Shown here piece after piece: positions 28,299 to 37,911 of a stretch of DNA of 64,000 nt. The notes under the pieces are model-generated. The model saw only the letters and a list, made by a program, of their open reading frames with translations. It did no database searches and was not told the origin of the DNA. The DNA is from a virus, in the UHGV virus genome UHGV-0311442; one strand, written 5' to 3'. Each line of letters opens with the position of its first letter. The first letter of the stretch is position 1. A program made the translations under genes and the position numbers.

Positions 28299-29190
28299 CA
28301 CGATAAAATCCAGAAATGTAACTCGGCGCTATCCATCGCCATTCGCGCCAGCGCATTTCTGACATTTTACCACACCATACACGCTTCCAATGCGCACGAC
28401 GGATATGTGCGGCGCAATAAATCGCCAAACAAACCTCGTGTCCTTCCTTGCGTTGCTGCTCTATATCTTCCCATTGTACCGGACTTACGTCTAAAACGAC
28501 TGCTTCACTACGTGGGCGAATTTCTGTATCAGGAACATAACGAATGGACCTTCCGCGAAATTCTTTTTTCTCGCGCTCAGTTCGTTTAATTCGTGATGAA
28601 AGATATAACCCGATGTAGACGGCGTCGAGTAGTCGCTGATTCTCCTTAACCGAAGTAAGGAGCGGCTTTAACTCCACGAAATCATCATTACTTTTATCGA
28701 TCGTGTAAATCTCAAACTCCATGTATACCGACTCGTCATGTTCTTCGCATGACATCACAAAGAGAACTTCTTCACCTTCGTAAAGACGTCTTCCGATAAA
28801 TAACGTGATCGGACATTCGTCGAGATTTACGGTAACCGAGAAAGTAAATGAAGGGATGGTTTCTATCCAGAAGTACGGGATATTTTTTAGTCTCTCAGTT
28901 TTTGCTAAGAGTGCCATCAGTTCTTCATCCGAGATGATTTCAACAGCAGCGTATTGCCATCCTAGTCCCAGGGACTGCTTAATCAGTCTGGGAATCTGTT
29001 CGGTAACGCCATACTCACGATAGGTCGGATCTTTAACTGGCATAAACGTTACAGGTATTTGACGTTTATGCTCGTTAATGAACCGAATAAAGCGGCACTG
29101 ATCCAATCCGTGAATTGTTTGGTGTGCCTTTTCTATCTGTTCGCTCATGCGTCTTAGCGCTTTCCCGTAAAGTCTATTATTCGTTGTCAT
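28291..29190 (-). CDS. Hypothetical protein, paralog A of a tandem pair sharing a C-terminal AHIRRAHW motif
   Basis: Start refined to ATG at 29188-29190 (AGGAGC upstream), about 300 aa. C-terminus CAAHIRRAHWKRVWCG...WREWRWIAPSYISGFY matches the neighbour's AAHIRRAHWRRYWVGP...LYWIPPTFVRGYV. Confidence 0.6.
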   Translation of the reverse strand: MTTNNRLYGKALRRMSEQIEKAHQTIHGLDQCRFIRFINEHKRQIPVTFMPVKDPTYREYGVTEQIPRLIKQSLGLGWQYAAVEIISDEELMALLAKTERLKNIPYFWIETIPSFTFSVTVNLDECPITLFIGRRLYEGEEVLFVMSCEEHDESVYMEFEIYTIDKSNDDFVELKPLLTSVKENQRLLDAVYIGLYLSSRIKRTEREKKEFRGRSIRYVPDTEIRPRSEAVVLDVSPVQWEDIEQQRKEGHEVCLAIYCAAHIRRAHWKRVWCGKMSEMRWREWRWIAPSYISGFYRGK

Positions 29191-29215
29191 TTTAATGCTC
29201 CTAAACACTTTTAGC

Positions 29216-30142
29216 TTAATTGTGGGGTACGTAGCCACGGACAAATGTCGGTGGAATCCAGTAAAGTTTTCTCTTCCTTTCACCATTTCTAGGACCGACC
29301 CAATATCTGCGCCAGTGCGCGCGACGAATATGTGCGGCCTTGGCGTGTTTGATACCTTCCATGGTTTTCAAGTCAGTGTTAAACCCTTTTAGATAATTCA
29401 CTTGTCCTGGCGTGATATCTATCTTAACATCGCGTTCACGAGGTTTAACGTCGTAACTAATACTACCGTTCTTTTTGATTTCCTTGAACTTAATATCATT
29501 AAAAGACTCCCTGTAATTAGGCGGGATTAGCGTACAGAGAAATATCAACGATATGGCGGTTTTGGCCAGTGATAGCCATAACGTCTTCTCTTGTTCGGTC
29601 TGTACGCCAGTTGTATAATCGATTTCAACAAGCCCGTTTCCAACACTACATATCTCTAACGAGCAGGTGGCGATCGTGGTAACGCCTTCTGTTAACCCGT
29701 AATCAGTATTTGTAGCAATTATAATAAACCTTCTATTCCCATTTTTTCGATAACCGAGAAAGAAAGTCTCATCTTCTTTACCTACATCGATTGCTACAGT
29801 CCAAGTAGGTATAAAGTCTAACCACTCTTCAGGGAATTTACTGGGCATCTCAGTCTCGAAAACAAGTTCTCTAAGTGCTCGATTGGATATTAAGGAAGCG
29901 CCCCCGTATAGCCATCCAATTGCCAATGTTTGTGCGTGAAGGGAACGGGGATCTTTGAGACCTAACTCAGCGTCGTATGGTATAAAGGCATTAGTTAAAT
30001 GCTTACGATTCTTTTTTATCCATTTCGAGACGGGATTTTCTTTTGTTTGATTTTCTTCCATGACATTTTCTAGATGCTGACTCCCCATTTGTCTAAGGCA
30101 GTCTTTAATACCTTTTACTTTTTTACTTTTGTACAAATACAT
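29216..30142 (-). CDS. Hypothetical protein, paralog B of the same pair
   Basis: 308 aa, ATG with AGGAGA upstream; shares an internal LGWQY/IGWLY segment and the C-terminal motif with paralog A. Confidence 0.6.
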   Translation of the reverse strand: MYLYKSKKVKGIKDCLRQMGSQHLENVMEENQTKENPVSKWIKKNRKHLTNAFIPYDAELGLKDPRSLHAQTLAIGWLYGGASLISNRALRELVFETEMPSKFPEEWLDFIPTWTVAIDVGKEDETFFLGYRKNGNRRFIIIATNTDYGLTEGVTTIATCSLEICSVGNGLVEIDYTTGVQTEQEKTLWLSLAKTAISLIFLCTLIPPNYRESFNDIKFKEIKKNGSISYDVKPRERDVKIDITPGQVNYLKGFNTDLKTMEGIKHAKAAHIRRAHWRRYWVGPRNGERKRKLYWIPPTFVRGYVPHN

Positions 30143-30159
30143 GGTATATTCTCCTAAAA

Positions 30160-30195
30160 TGGTTAAAAATAAAGTTACCCTAGCCGAAGCTAGGG
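30160..30195 (-). terminator. Rho-independent terminator (minus strand)
   Basis: Stem CCCTAGC/GCTAGGG, loop CGAA; A-rich run on the plus strand upstream. Confidence 0.55.
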
Positions 30196-30201
30196 TGTCT
30201 A

Positions 30202-30690
30202 TTAGTCGATTTTGACGTAATCAGGATAATTAGCTTTTAGCCACTCCCACAGGTGCAGCGCGAGCATACCCTGGTCGTAACTAATGATTTCCACAATACC
30301 GTGTGAGTGTGCTTCATTACTCCAAATTTGACTATAGAAACGACGCCACTCACCTTCTGCATAAGGTAGCACAGTTCCTGGGATAAAACCGTTGTGGTAT
30401 TCGTTAATTAGCGATTGTAAAGTTTCAATGCGGATTCCGTATAATCGGCTATCGATGAACGATTTTGTAATCCCACCAAAGAAACCAACAAAGAAATTAT
30501 CCAGATTCATCATAAGTCTGGATCTGTAATTACCTACAATGTAGTCGGCGGCTGCCGCAGCCATCCACGGAGTATCGACGACTCTTGGCGTCAGTTTATC
30601 GTGGATTGTTGTACGTACACGGACGGTGTGGTTAAGAAATTCATGAATCATGTCGGAGTTTTTCAAAGCGATTATCTGATTTAAGTTCAT
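30202..30690 (-). CDS. Hypothetical protein (162 aa)
   Basis: ORF with ATG start. Confidence 0.5.
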   Translation of the reverse strand: MNLNQIIALKNSDMIHEFLNHTVRVRTTIHDKLTPRVVDTPWMAAAAADYIVGNYRSRLMMNLDNFFVGFFGGITKSFIDSRLYGIRIETLQSLINEYHNGFIPGTVLPYAEGEWRRFYSQIWSNEAHSHGIVEIISYDQGMLALHLWEWLKANYPDYVKID

Positions 30691-30691
30691 T

Positions 30692-31216
30692 TTATTGTCC
30701 TAATATTGGGGTGAGTCTGTCTGCGGTGTTTAACAACGCTTTTGTAATTTCGTAGTCGGTTTCTTTCAGGATGGCGATACAAACGGTGATGTAAACTTCG
30801 ATTGCTAACATGATTTCTTGTTCGGACAGCAACGGTTCGGTACCGCCAATCCCGTAACGCTGCGCCGCATACTCAATTTCAAGTTTCAAACGTTTCCATA
30901 ATGCCTTGTCGTCGGTTAAACGTGCACAGGCACGATCAAAACGTCTTTTATAAACGCCGATCTTGTGGTCAATTTCACGACGCAGTTGGTCGGCTGCTAC
31001 GCCATCATCAAGAGTGATGGTGACATTGTCAACTAAACAGTAATGCACTGTGTGTCGTAAGTTGTGTAATGTGGCGACAGTAACGACCCGCTCCTGATGG
31101 TCGCTAAAGCCGTGAGCACCACAGAGCTTGCGTGCAACCGCGCCAGAGATTTTCTCCTCTAGCGCTATCGGTGTGGCAATGGTTGTTTTCTTACGAAGCT
31201 GAATTAAAATATCCAC
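30692..31216 (-). CDS. Hypothetical protein (174 aa)
   Basis: ORF separated by 1 nt from the upstream gene. Confidence 0.5.
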   Translation of the reverse strand: MDILIQLRKKTTIATPIALEEKISGAVARKLCGAHGFSDHQERVVTVATLHNLRHTVHYCLVDNVTITLDDGVAADQLRREIDHKIGVYKRRFDRACARLTDDKALWKRLKLEIEYAAQRYGIGGTEPLLSEQEIMLAIEVYITVCIAILKETDYEITKALLNTADRLTPILGQ

Positions 31217-31218
31217 GA

Positions 31219-31791
31219 TTATACTCCTTTAGGTTGACCGTATTTTGATGACAGGTAGATGAGCTCAGCATGGCAGACTTTCTCAACTAACCCGAGTGTC
31301 TCAAGGAAAATATCCCGGATACGGGACATTGTTTCGTTGGTAAGAATATCGCTCCAACACGTTGTGTCTATTATATCCGTCGTTGAAGATTGTCGCTGCA
31401 ATATGGCGACATATACCTCGTCGAGGGTATCTGGAGCATTATTCTGTAAGTAATGCGCGGCATGTAGAAAGGCTTTCTCAAGAATCAGGTGAATATCCGT
31501 ATCAGGATCAGTTACCCGCACTAAATGTGGGTATGTCATGGCCGAATGGATTTTTCGTTCTAACTGTTCAATGAGATTATTCACCATCGCTTCTGAATCC
31601 AGGATAGTAATTTCGGCCCCACTGTGTTCTTCAGAAATCTTGTTCTCATGTACTGCTATCGCGTCGTGCAGTTCAAACGCAACGCGGCTACGCATCTCAC
31701 TTAACAGTTTGTTTAATTTACCCCGTGACTCGCTGAGTGAGAAATCGATAAGTATTTTCATGTTAATAGCCCTGATAAATGATGTCGTCAC
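31219..31791 (-). CDS. Hypothetical protein (about 180-190 aa)
   Basis: ORF; start may be the internal Met (MKILIDFS). Confidence 0.5.
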   Translation of the reverse strand: MTTSFIRAINMKILIDFSLSESRGKLNKLLSEMRSRVAFELHDAIAVHENKISEEHSGAEITILDSEAMVNNLIEQLERKIHSAMTYPHLVRVTDPDTDIHLILEKAFLHAAHYLQNNAPDTLDEVYVAILQRQSSTTDIIDTTCWSDILTNETMSRIRDIFLETLGLVEKVCHAELIYLSSKYGQPKGV

Positions 31792-32500
31792 GGTCTTTAC
31801 GTAACTGGCAGTATGTTACGTCAGCACCGTTAGGGATTTGTACGCCAGCGTCTTCAAGATAAATAACACCAGTCTGATTACAGAAATAAAAAGACCACAA
31901 GTACGGATTGCCTTGACAACTGTTTTCACGATGATCGAAGGGCCAATAACCGCGATACAATTCGTCGTAATCGCCGCGCTCGATACCAAAAGCAATCATT
32001 TCTTTTTCCCACAATCTGCTTTCGGCGTCGTAAATCGAAAACCAGAAACCGACGAGGTTCTTTGTCCGTTTAACGTTCATTAAGTCGTTATAAATGGGGA
32101 AGAGTGCTTTATTGAAACTTTCTAACATCTCTGGAGAGAGTAGAAAGTTCACGTAGTATTCTAGCCATTGATAAACGGCTTCCCAGACATCTTCAGAAGA
32201 GAAATGCTCGAATACGGCGTCATCACAATCGTAGTTATCGAAGACCCCTGAGAGATCTATTATGACGTCGCGAAGGTCAAAGTTTCGGTTGGTATTGACA
32301 GCCTCAATAACTTCGGAGATAAGACGAGTAAAGACGTTTGTGCAGGCAGTCTGTGCGGTATAAAAGAATTCTCCTTGTGCGGTTGACCACTTCGGGTCCT
32401 TCAAATGTTCATTGAAGTATTGTGGCCAAATTTTATAAAAGATTCCCTCGAACAACGAGGGATTGATACGTTGTAATTGAGGGACATAAACTTTTAGCAT
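31763..32500 (-). CDS. Hypothetical protein (245 aa)
   Basis: ORF with ATG start. Confidence 0.5.
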   Translation of the reverse strand: MLKVYVPQLQRINPSLFEGIFYKIWPQYFNEHLKDPKWSTAQGEFFYTAQTACTNVFTRLISEVIEAVNTNRNFDLRDVIIDLSGVFDNYDCDDAVFEHFSSEDVWEAVYQWLEYYVNFLLSPEMLESFNKALFPIYNDLMNVKRTKNLVGFWFSIYDAESRLWEKEMIAFGIERGDYDELYRGYWPFDHRENSCQGNPYLWSFYFCNQTGVIYLEDAGVQIPNGADVTYCQLRKDRDDIIYQGY

Positions 32501-32536
32501 TTTAATAACTCCAATGGTGTTACACCTGGATAATAT

Positions 32537-33205
32537 CTATCTAAGAATATTTTTAGCGAAAAAAGGATCGACTGTAAACTCCTTCACCTGTGAGTCATAA
32601 CCCGAATGTATTTGATCGCTACTGAGCAAATACTGGTCTAAATCGTGCGGAAGAATCCAAGAATCGCCTTGCTTAAAAATACCATAATCTGCTGTTCCTG
32701 CGGAAAAAATGATTTCCTCTGGAAACGAATAGATGTGGCGTAAGGCAAGATCGGATGGCTTTAACACGATTAATCGAACGGGATGTTGACTGACTGCCTC
32801 TTTAATAAACTGTTCACGATTAAACCAAATTATTTTTTCGGGGTAAGTTTCGAATTCAGCCCATGTCCGCGTGATAACTAATTTGGAAATCTTTCTCAAT
32901 TCTTCAGAATGCTCTGCGTAGCCAATACACTCCTTGCGTACTTCATGATTTTCTACCGATGCTGTGAATTTTTGGAATAGGTGTTGTTGGAAAAAGCCGT
33001 TCTCCGGGATATCACAACCCGCGTTGTATAGTGCAATGATCTCCCACAACAACGAAAGAGAAAACACAAATGCTAACTTTTCCACCACTTCCCAATCTTC
33101 GGAGTAAGGGGCTTTAAAGCCCCAATACTGCCGTGCGTTATACATAAAGTGAGTTTGTAAAAACCGGGGGGCTTTTGACAAGACCTCACTATAAACGATC
33201 AGCAT
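32537..33205 (-). CDS. Hypothetical protein (222 aa)
   Basis: ORF overlapping the upstream RNase H fusion gene by a few nt. Confidence 0.5.
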   Translation of the reverse strand: MLIVYSEVLSKAPRFLQTHFMYNARQYWGFKAPYSEDWEVVEKLAFVFSLSLLWEIIALYNAGCDIPENGFFQQHLFQKFTASVENHEVRKECIGYAEHSEELRKISKLVITRTWAEFETYPEKIIWFNREQFIKEAVSQHPVRLIVLKPSDLALRHIYSFPEEIIFSAGTADYGIFKQGDSWILPHDLDQYLLSSDQIHSGYDSQVKEFTVDPFFAKNILR

Positions 33206-34719
33206 TCAAGCTCCTTATCCGTCAGTATTCGTTTGTTTGAATAATAGCCGCACCACAACCCATGATATTTTTCCCCGATATAAACCAACGCATATTCGAT
33301 ATACTGCCGTTCTGGACGCCGTACCGCCACGTAGAAACGCCCTTCTGGTTCTTTCATACGGTTGATTTCCGTACGCGTCGGTATGTCGATACCACGAGTA
33401 AGGATAGTTTTAACCTTGTTTTTGCTACCAGGGATATGGATAGTTACGTCAAAACCTTTATCTACATTACGATAAAAGTCTTTCTTCGGCTTACCCTTCT
33501 CATCGTAAAGCAGGTCAGTAATGTCGTTCATTACGACTGAGTTTTTCCCCTCCATGGCATCGCGTAACCAACCTGCAAGCTCATCACGAATCGTAATGCA
33601 GCGATAAGACAATAACGCGGGACGAAGAATTCGTGTAATCGAAAGATCTTCAAACATCCATAGGTTTTTGTCTTCGCTAAAATGCATCCGATCGACAGGA
33701 ATACCGTTAGCTGCGGCTTCTGCGAACTTCTTACGTTTTACGAATAAGTTAAAAACAACGGCGATGGGATCAAACTGACGTAAACGGGGCACCCCTTCCC
33801 ATGCTTTCGCAGAGTGGGTATTTACCAACTCGTATACGTTGTTCCATGGTTCTTTGGTAAACATTACGCAGAATTGTGCGTCTGGAATGTACTTACCAAC
33901 GAAGACGATATCGTCCTTCTGTTTTGCATGGTTCCCACCGAACATGTAATAAAGTTTATTACCGTTAACTGTAACCGTGGGATGCGGTTCGTTCACCATC
34001 GGGTAACAGAACTTCGTAACACAGATATCGGGAAAAGCAGACAAATTGACACCTTCACCAACAACTTCTGGTTGCTGTTCTTCCTCAGGCATCTCGTCTT
34101 TTGACCAATACGGTGTATAGTCTAGCCCCTCACCTCGAGCCGAGATACTTGAACCTTTCCGTGCTAACTCGTCGGCACGCTCGTTTCCATAACGCCCTGA
34201 GTGACCTTTAATTTTAAGGACACGAACGCCTTTCCCTTCTTTCTTTAACCGCTGTTTAACCTCCCACATCCGTTGGATTAATTCCAAATTCGCAATGGGT
34301 GTGCCGTCCGCACGACGCCAGCCGCGTGCTGCCCAACCATCAATCCAATCGTTATACGTGTTGACAACGTAAGATGCGTCGATATAGATAACATAGTTTT
34401 TGGCAACGAAAGGGGCGTGTTCGAAGACGGTCAGGAAAGCCACGAGTTCTGCAACGTCGGAGTGTGACATTTTTGGTACAGGCACAACACCGTCAATAAA
34501 CTCCACGGTTTCTGGTAAAGGTGGAAGTTTTTCATCCTTGTTTATCTGGCGGTATCCTGACGTCGTAATCCCCTCGGGAATAGAGGGATGGCGGTAAACC
34601 CGACCATCCTCAATCGTTTCACGATTAAATAAGTATCCATGAATCCCCGCTCCTGTACCGAGCGGGGAGGTCAAATGGCTACCATCCGTGTAAATTACTG
34701 CAACATCAACGTTCTTCAT
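33199..34719 (-). CDS. Ribonuclease HI domain fused to a 300-aa C-terminal domain of unknown function
   Basis: 506 aa. N-terminal about 200 aa carry RNase HI motifs in order: AVIYTDGS, SDVAELVAFLTVFE, IYIDASYV, WIDGWAARGWRRADGTP, IKGHSGRYGNERADELA. Remaining 300 aa unassigned. Confidence 0.75.
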   Translation of the reverse strand: MKNVDVAVIYTDGSHLTSPLGTGAGIHGYLFNRETIEDGRVYRHPSIPEGITTSGYRQINKDEKLPPLPETVEFIDGVVPVPKMSHSDVAELVAFLTVFEHAPFVAKNYVIYIDASYVVNTYNDWIDGWAARGWRRADGTPIANLELIQRMWEVKQRLKKEGKGVRVLKIKGHSGRYGNERADELARKGSSISARGEGLDYTPYWSKDEMPEEEQQPEVVGEGVNLSAFPDICVTKFCYPMVNEPHPTVTVNGNKLYYMFGGNHAKQKDDIVFVGKYIPDAQFCVMFTKEPWNNVYELVNTHSAKAWEGVPRLRQFDPIAVVFNLFVKRKKFAEAAANGIPVDRMHFSEDKNLWMFEDLSITRILRPALLSYRCITIRDELAGWLRDAMEGKNSVVMNDITDLLYDEKGKPKKDFYRNVDKGFDVTIHIPGSKNKVKTILTRGIDIPTRTEINRMKEPEGRFYVAVRRPERQYIEYALVYIGEKYHGLWCGYYSNKRILTDKELEC

Positions 34720-34721
34720 TC

Positions 34722-35456
34722 TTAATCCCTGGTTAATTGATCACGAATCTGCGGCGCAACATACTCGCCAGTTTTCAGTTCTTCGTGACAGGCTTTGGCG
34801 CGTTCAAACCCGTATTGGCGGGTGACCAAAGCGAGGTGATAAATACGTGCCGTAGTGTAGGCTTCTTTTGCTGCATCCCACATTGCGTGGTGCTCAAAAG
34901 CGGGCTTACCGCGCGTCCAATAAACTTGCTCTACCGTTAAGTCGGGTTCGAAACCAAACGCAAAAGCTAAACGCTCTGCGGTACGATCGCTATCTAACGC
35001 GCTAAATTTACGGAACTTCCCTGGCGGGATATCGCATTGTGCGAATGCGTTCATGAAAACCGGCGCATCGAAGTCGGGACCGCGCATGGTAATAACAAAC
35101 TCATGCTTTGCGGTGATCTCTCCGAGCCATTTTTGCATCGCCCACAGCGCGTCTGGCAATGCTGTTGTTCCACCCCAGGCTTCTTCATACGCTTCACGAG
35201 ATGGTGCGTATTCGGGTTCACCTTTACCTTCCCACCAACCAACGGTTTGTGGGTCTTCGTGGAAAATGGCTTTTGCTTTAGGATCGTTAGGATCAATACG
35301 GATGTATGAAGAACCGACCATTTTCAAGGTAGGGACGTCAAAAGCCACTAAACCTGCACTCAACAGATAAGCATCAGGACGTAACGATTTGGTTTCTGCA
35401 TCAGCACCAATAACCAGTGTCGGTGTGTACGGGGTGACAATTTTTGGGTAGGTCAT
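34722..35456 (-). CDS. DEDDh 3-prime to 5-prime exonuclease, oligoribonuclease-like
   Basis: 244 aa; Exo I LVIGADAETKSL (DxE), Exo II PDFDAPVF, Exo III HHAMWDAAKEAY (H-x4-D), resembling Orn/RNase T family. Confidence 0.6.
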   Translation of the reverse strand: MTYPKIVTPYTPTLVIGADAETKSLRPDAYLLSAGLVAFDVPTLKMVGSSYIRIDPNDPKAKAIFHEDPQTVGWWEGKGEPEYAPSREAYEEAWGGTTALPDALWAMQKWLGEITAKHEFVITMRGPDFDAPVFMNAFAQCDIPPGKFRKFSALDSDRTAERLAFAFGFEPDLTVEQVYWTRGKPAFEHHAMWDAAKEAYTTARIYHLALVTRQYGFERAKACHEELKTGEYVAPQIRDQLTRD

Positions 35457-35495
35457 GTTGAATTCTCCTGTTAGTCTACATTAAAATAGTCGTAA

Positions 35496-35542
35496 ACGTT
35501 AAAAAGAAAGACCCTCCTGTACCACGAAAGGGTACAGGAGGG
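35496..35542 (-). terminator. Rho-independent terminator (minus strand)
   Basis: Stem CCCTCCTGTACC/GGTACAGGAGGG, loop ACGAAA; A-rich run on the plus strand upstream. Confidence 0.6.
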
Positions 35543-35546
35543 AGTG

Positions 35547-36005
35547 TCAGTACAAACACGATGTCAAGTATTGGTTATACGAATCGAGCAGTGTCTGACG
35601 GTCGGAACGGTAATTCCACAACAAATTATTGAGTTTACGCGATAAATCACGGCTAATCTCTTGGGGCGTTAAAGAACTTTCATCAAGAGATAAGCGTTCA
35701 GGTACAACATGTAACTTCGGTAACTCATAACGTTCACAAAGTGGAGCCAGCATTGGTGGGCTCCAGCCACGTTTAACGGCTTGTTGGTTTAAATTTCGGG
35801 TGTAGACATAAACGTAGTAAGCATAGGTGTTGACATCCGCAACATACTCACGCATTGCATTATTGTCAATTTTCCAATTCACCATTATTGGCGGTGTAGG
35901 AGGAAGTTCCAGTGGCCTATAAGCTGGACGTTTAACTTCGTCGCCGTAGCTATTACTCACCAACCCCACGAACACCATCATGATGAATAACAGCATTTTC
36001 ATCAA
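35547..36005 (-). CDS. Secreted Pro-rich protein with N-terminal signal peptide (152 aa)
   Basis: N-terminus MMKMLLFIMMVFVGLVSNSYG then PAYRPLELPPTPP; no lipobox Cys. Confidence 0.5.
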   Translation of the reverse strand: MMKMLLFIMMVFVGLVSNSYGDEVKRPAYRPLELPPTPPIMVNWKIDNNAMREYVADVNTYAYYVYVYTRNLNQQAVKRGWSPPMLAPLCERYELPKLHVVPERLSLDESSLTPQEISRDLSRKLNNLLWNYRSDRQTLLDSYNQYLTSCLY

Positions 36006-36509
36006 TCACTCCTTAGAAGACGTTAGCGTCTTTATGATCTCCTGTCGAAAACTGTTCGCATTTAAATTGCCAACAGGTCTCGCCGAAGCCTCTTTACGTT
36101 GTTCTGGTGTTGAAGCTGGATTAACAGGAGTTTCTGGTTTTGTCGAAGACAGATCCTTCGCCGTACCGCTCGCTTTCGATGAATTAAACGTGCTTTCATA
36201 TGGCGGTTTCTGGCCGAGGCAAACGAAGAGCCTGTCGTATAACTTCCCATTATCTTCTTTTAGTTTATCTCGATCTTGTTTCATCTCTTGGTAAGACTGC
36301 GACATATAAGTGTCATGAGACTGCACTGCAACGAGCGCGTGAAACTGTTGTACATAGGCGTAGGAGACGAAGCCAGAATACGACAACAAGATCGTGATGA
36401 TTAAAGTCATTATCTTGCTTGCTCTTGATACGTTTTCTCCTTCTCCTGGTTTAAATGCTTCCATTAACATCTGAAGGAAGAACGGAAGCACTTTAAAAAA
36501 TGAACCCAT
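36006..36509 (-). CDS. Membrane protein with one internal TM helix and coiled-coil region (167 aa)
   Basis: Hydrophobic segment IMTLIITILLSYSGFVSYAYV then charged heptad-like segment; abuts the downstream secreted protein gene. Confidence 0.5.
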   Translation of the reverse strand: MGSFFKVLPFFLQMLMEAFKPGEGENVSRASKIMTLIITILLSYSGFVSYAYVQQFHALVAVQSHDTYMSQSYQEMKQDRDKLKEDNGKLYDRLFVCLGQKPPYESTFNSSKASGTAKDLSSTKPETPVNPASTPEQRKEASARPVGNLNANSFRQEIIKTLTSSKE

Positions 36510-36534
36510 TGCTCACCTCGGAGTATTTTTAATT

Positions 36535-37908
36535 ATGTTAGACTTACAAGGTTTTATTCAGATACCGGCACTGTTTGACAATCAGGACGGCGTCACCGCT
36601 CCGGTGGGCGAGCTGTCGGATTTGACACTCTCGTACGCGAAGAGTAAACAGACGTTTACTAAAACCAATTTGCAAGTTCAATTGGTGACTTTTACGTCTA
36701 AACGAGAAAAACAGACGGTTGTTGTGCCAGCCGAGTTTTCTGATCATATTCTAACCGTTTCTCAATGGATTTACCAGCAAGCCATCTTGGGGAATCTGAG
36801 AAATGACGAACTCGAATTCCAGCGCCTGTTATTAGGCCAATTCCAATCAACCATTTCTGGTGTTCAGTCTGGTGCGATGATACAGACGAACAGTAACTGG
36901 TTCCCACGTTGGGTGAGCTGGAAATATGAAGTAACGGCAGATCAAGTACAAGATGACACTGATGTAGATAATCAGATCATTGTTTGGTTCTCGGATGAAG
37001 ACTTCGATCAAGATTACACAGGGTTCGAAATCGAAGTACAGATGCCGATTTCACCAATCGACACATTTTTGTCGACCAAGTCAGTCGTTGAAAAGGCGAT
37101 GGAAGGGTTTAACCTTACCGAACACCATAAGAAAATCAATGAGTTAATGGCAGGGTTTCCTTACACCGCTATCCAAACCAACTACTATACTTGGCACGAT
37201 CAAGAAAACTACGAGTCCACCCTAGTTGTCCCAATGTCGGTTATTATTTACGGACGTGCGGGGAAAAACCCAACGAAAATAAAGCAGGCGTTGCGAGAAC
37301 ATATTCTCGCTAATTCCAGCTTTACTGTCCCTGTCGGGGTAAAAGTATTTCCCGAGATTTTCACTACCACGAAATTTACAATTGTTCCCGGATGGAAAAT
37401 TCGTGGAATACCCAATGAGGAAGATGTGGCGGCGCTTTATTCCCCCATCCTTCCATATGATTTCTGGGTCAAAGCTATCAGTCGGTTTGGAGAATGGGCA
37501 GACCTGACGGTAGCAGAAAGAAATACTAAAACGATCAGTAAACCTACAACAGACGTAACTGACTTACCAACAGTTTATAAATCATTAAACTGTGTTGTAA
37601 TCAGTGGGCCGGAAAACGATACACGGAAAGCGACCTTACACGAAACTATCCCGGATTATGCGTTAATTGCGACGACTAACCCTGATATTGCGCGTATGTC
37701 GAAAACAACGACCGAATGGTTGGCGTTATTCTTCCAGGCACTTATTGCTGCGGAAGAATACCACCCGTATCAAACCAGCTTAGATGTTGTAAAACTGGTC
37801 GATGAGGCCGACCCTGATAACTACTTCTGGGTGTTTGAATACGACAACGTAGAATATCGTATCCTGTCTCGGAAAGCGAAATGGTACACCGAGTTAGACG
37901 AGGAGTAA
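36535..37908 (+). CDS. Hypothetical protein (457 aa), plus-strand island
   Basis: ATG at 36535, 25 bp from the divergent minus-strand gene start. Confidence 0.6.
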   Translation: MLDLQGFIQIPALFDNQDGVTAPVGELSDLTLSYAKSKQTFTKTNLQVQLVTFTSKREKQTVVVPAEFSDHILTVSQWIYQQAILGNLRNDELEFQRLLLGQFQSTISGVQSGAMIQTNSNWFPRWVSWKYEVTADQVQDDTDVDNQIIVWFSDEDFDQDYTGFEIEVQMPISPIDTFLSTKSVVEKAMEGFNLTEHHKKINELMAGFPYTAIQTNYYTWHDQENYESTLVVPMSVIIYGRAGKNPTKIKQALREHILANSSFTVPVGVKVFPEIFTTTKFTIVPGWKIRGIPNEEDVAALYSPILPYDFWVKAISRFGEWADLTVAERNTKTISKPTTDVTDLPTVYKSLNCVVISGPENDTRKATLHETIPDYALIATTNPDIARMSKTTTEWLALFFQALIAAEEYHPYQTSLDVVKLVDEADPDNYFWVFEYDNVEYRILSRKAKWYTELDEE

Positions 37909-37911
37909 TGA

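Noticed and set aside
35547-36005. Outer-membrane spanin lipoprotein call for the secreted Pro-rich protein
   Set aside because: There is a signal peptide but no lipobox Cys at the predicted cleavage site, so an o-spanin assignment is not supported.
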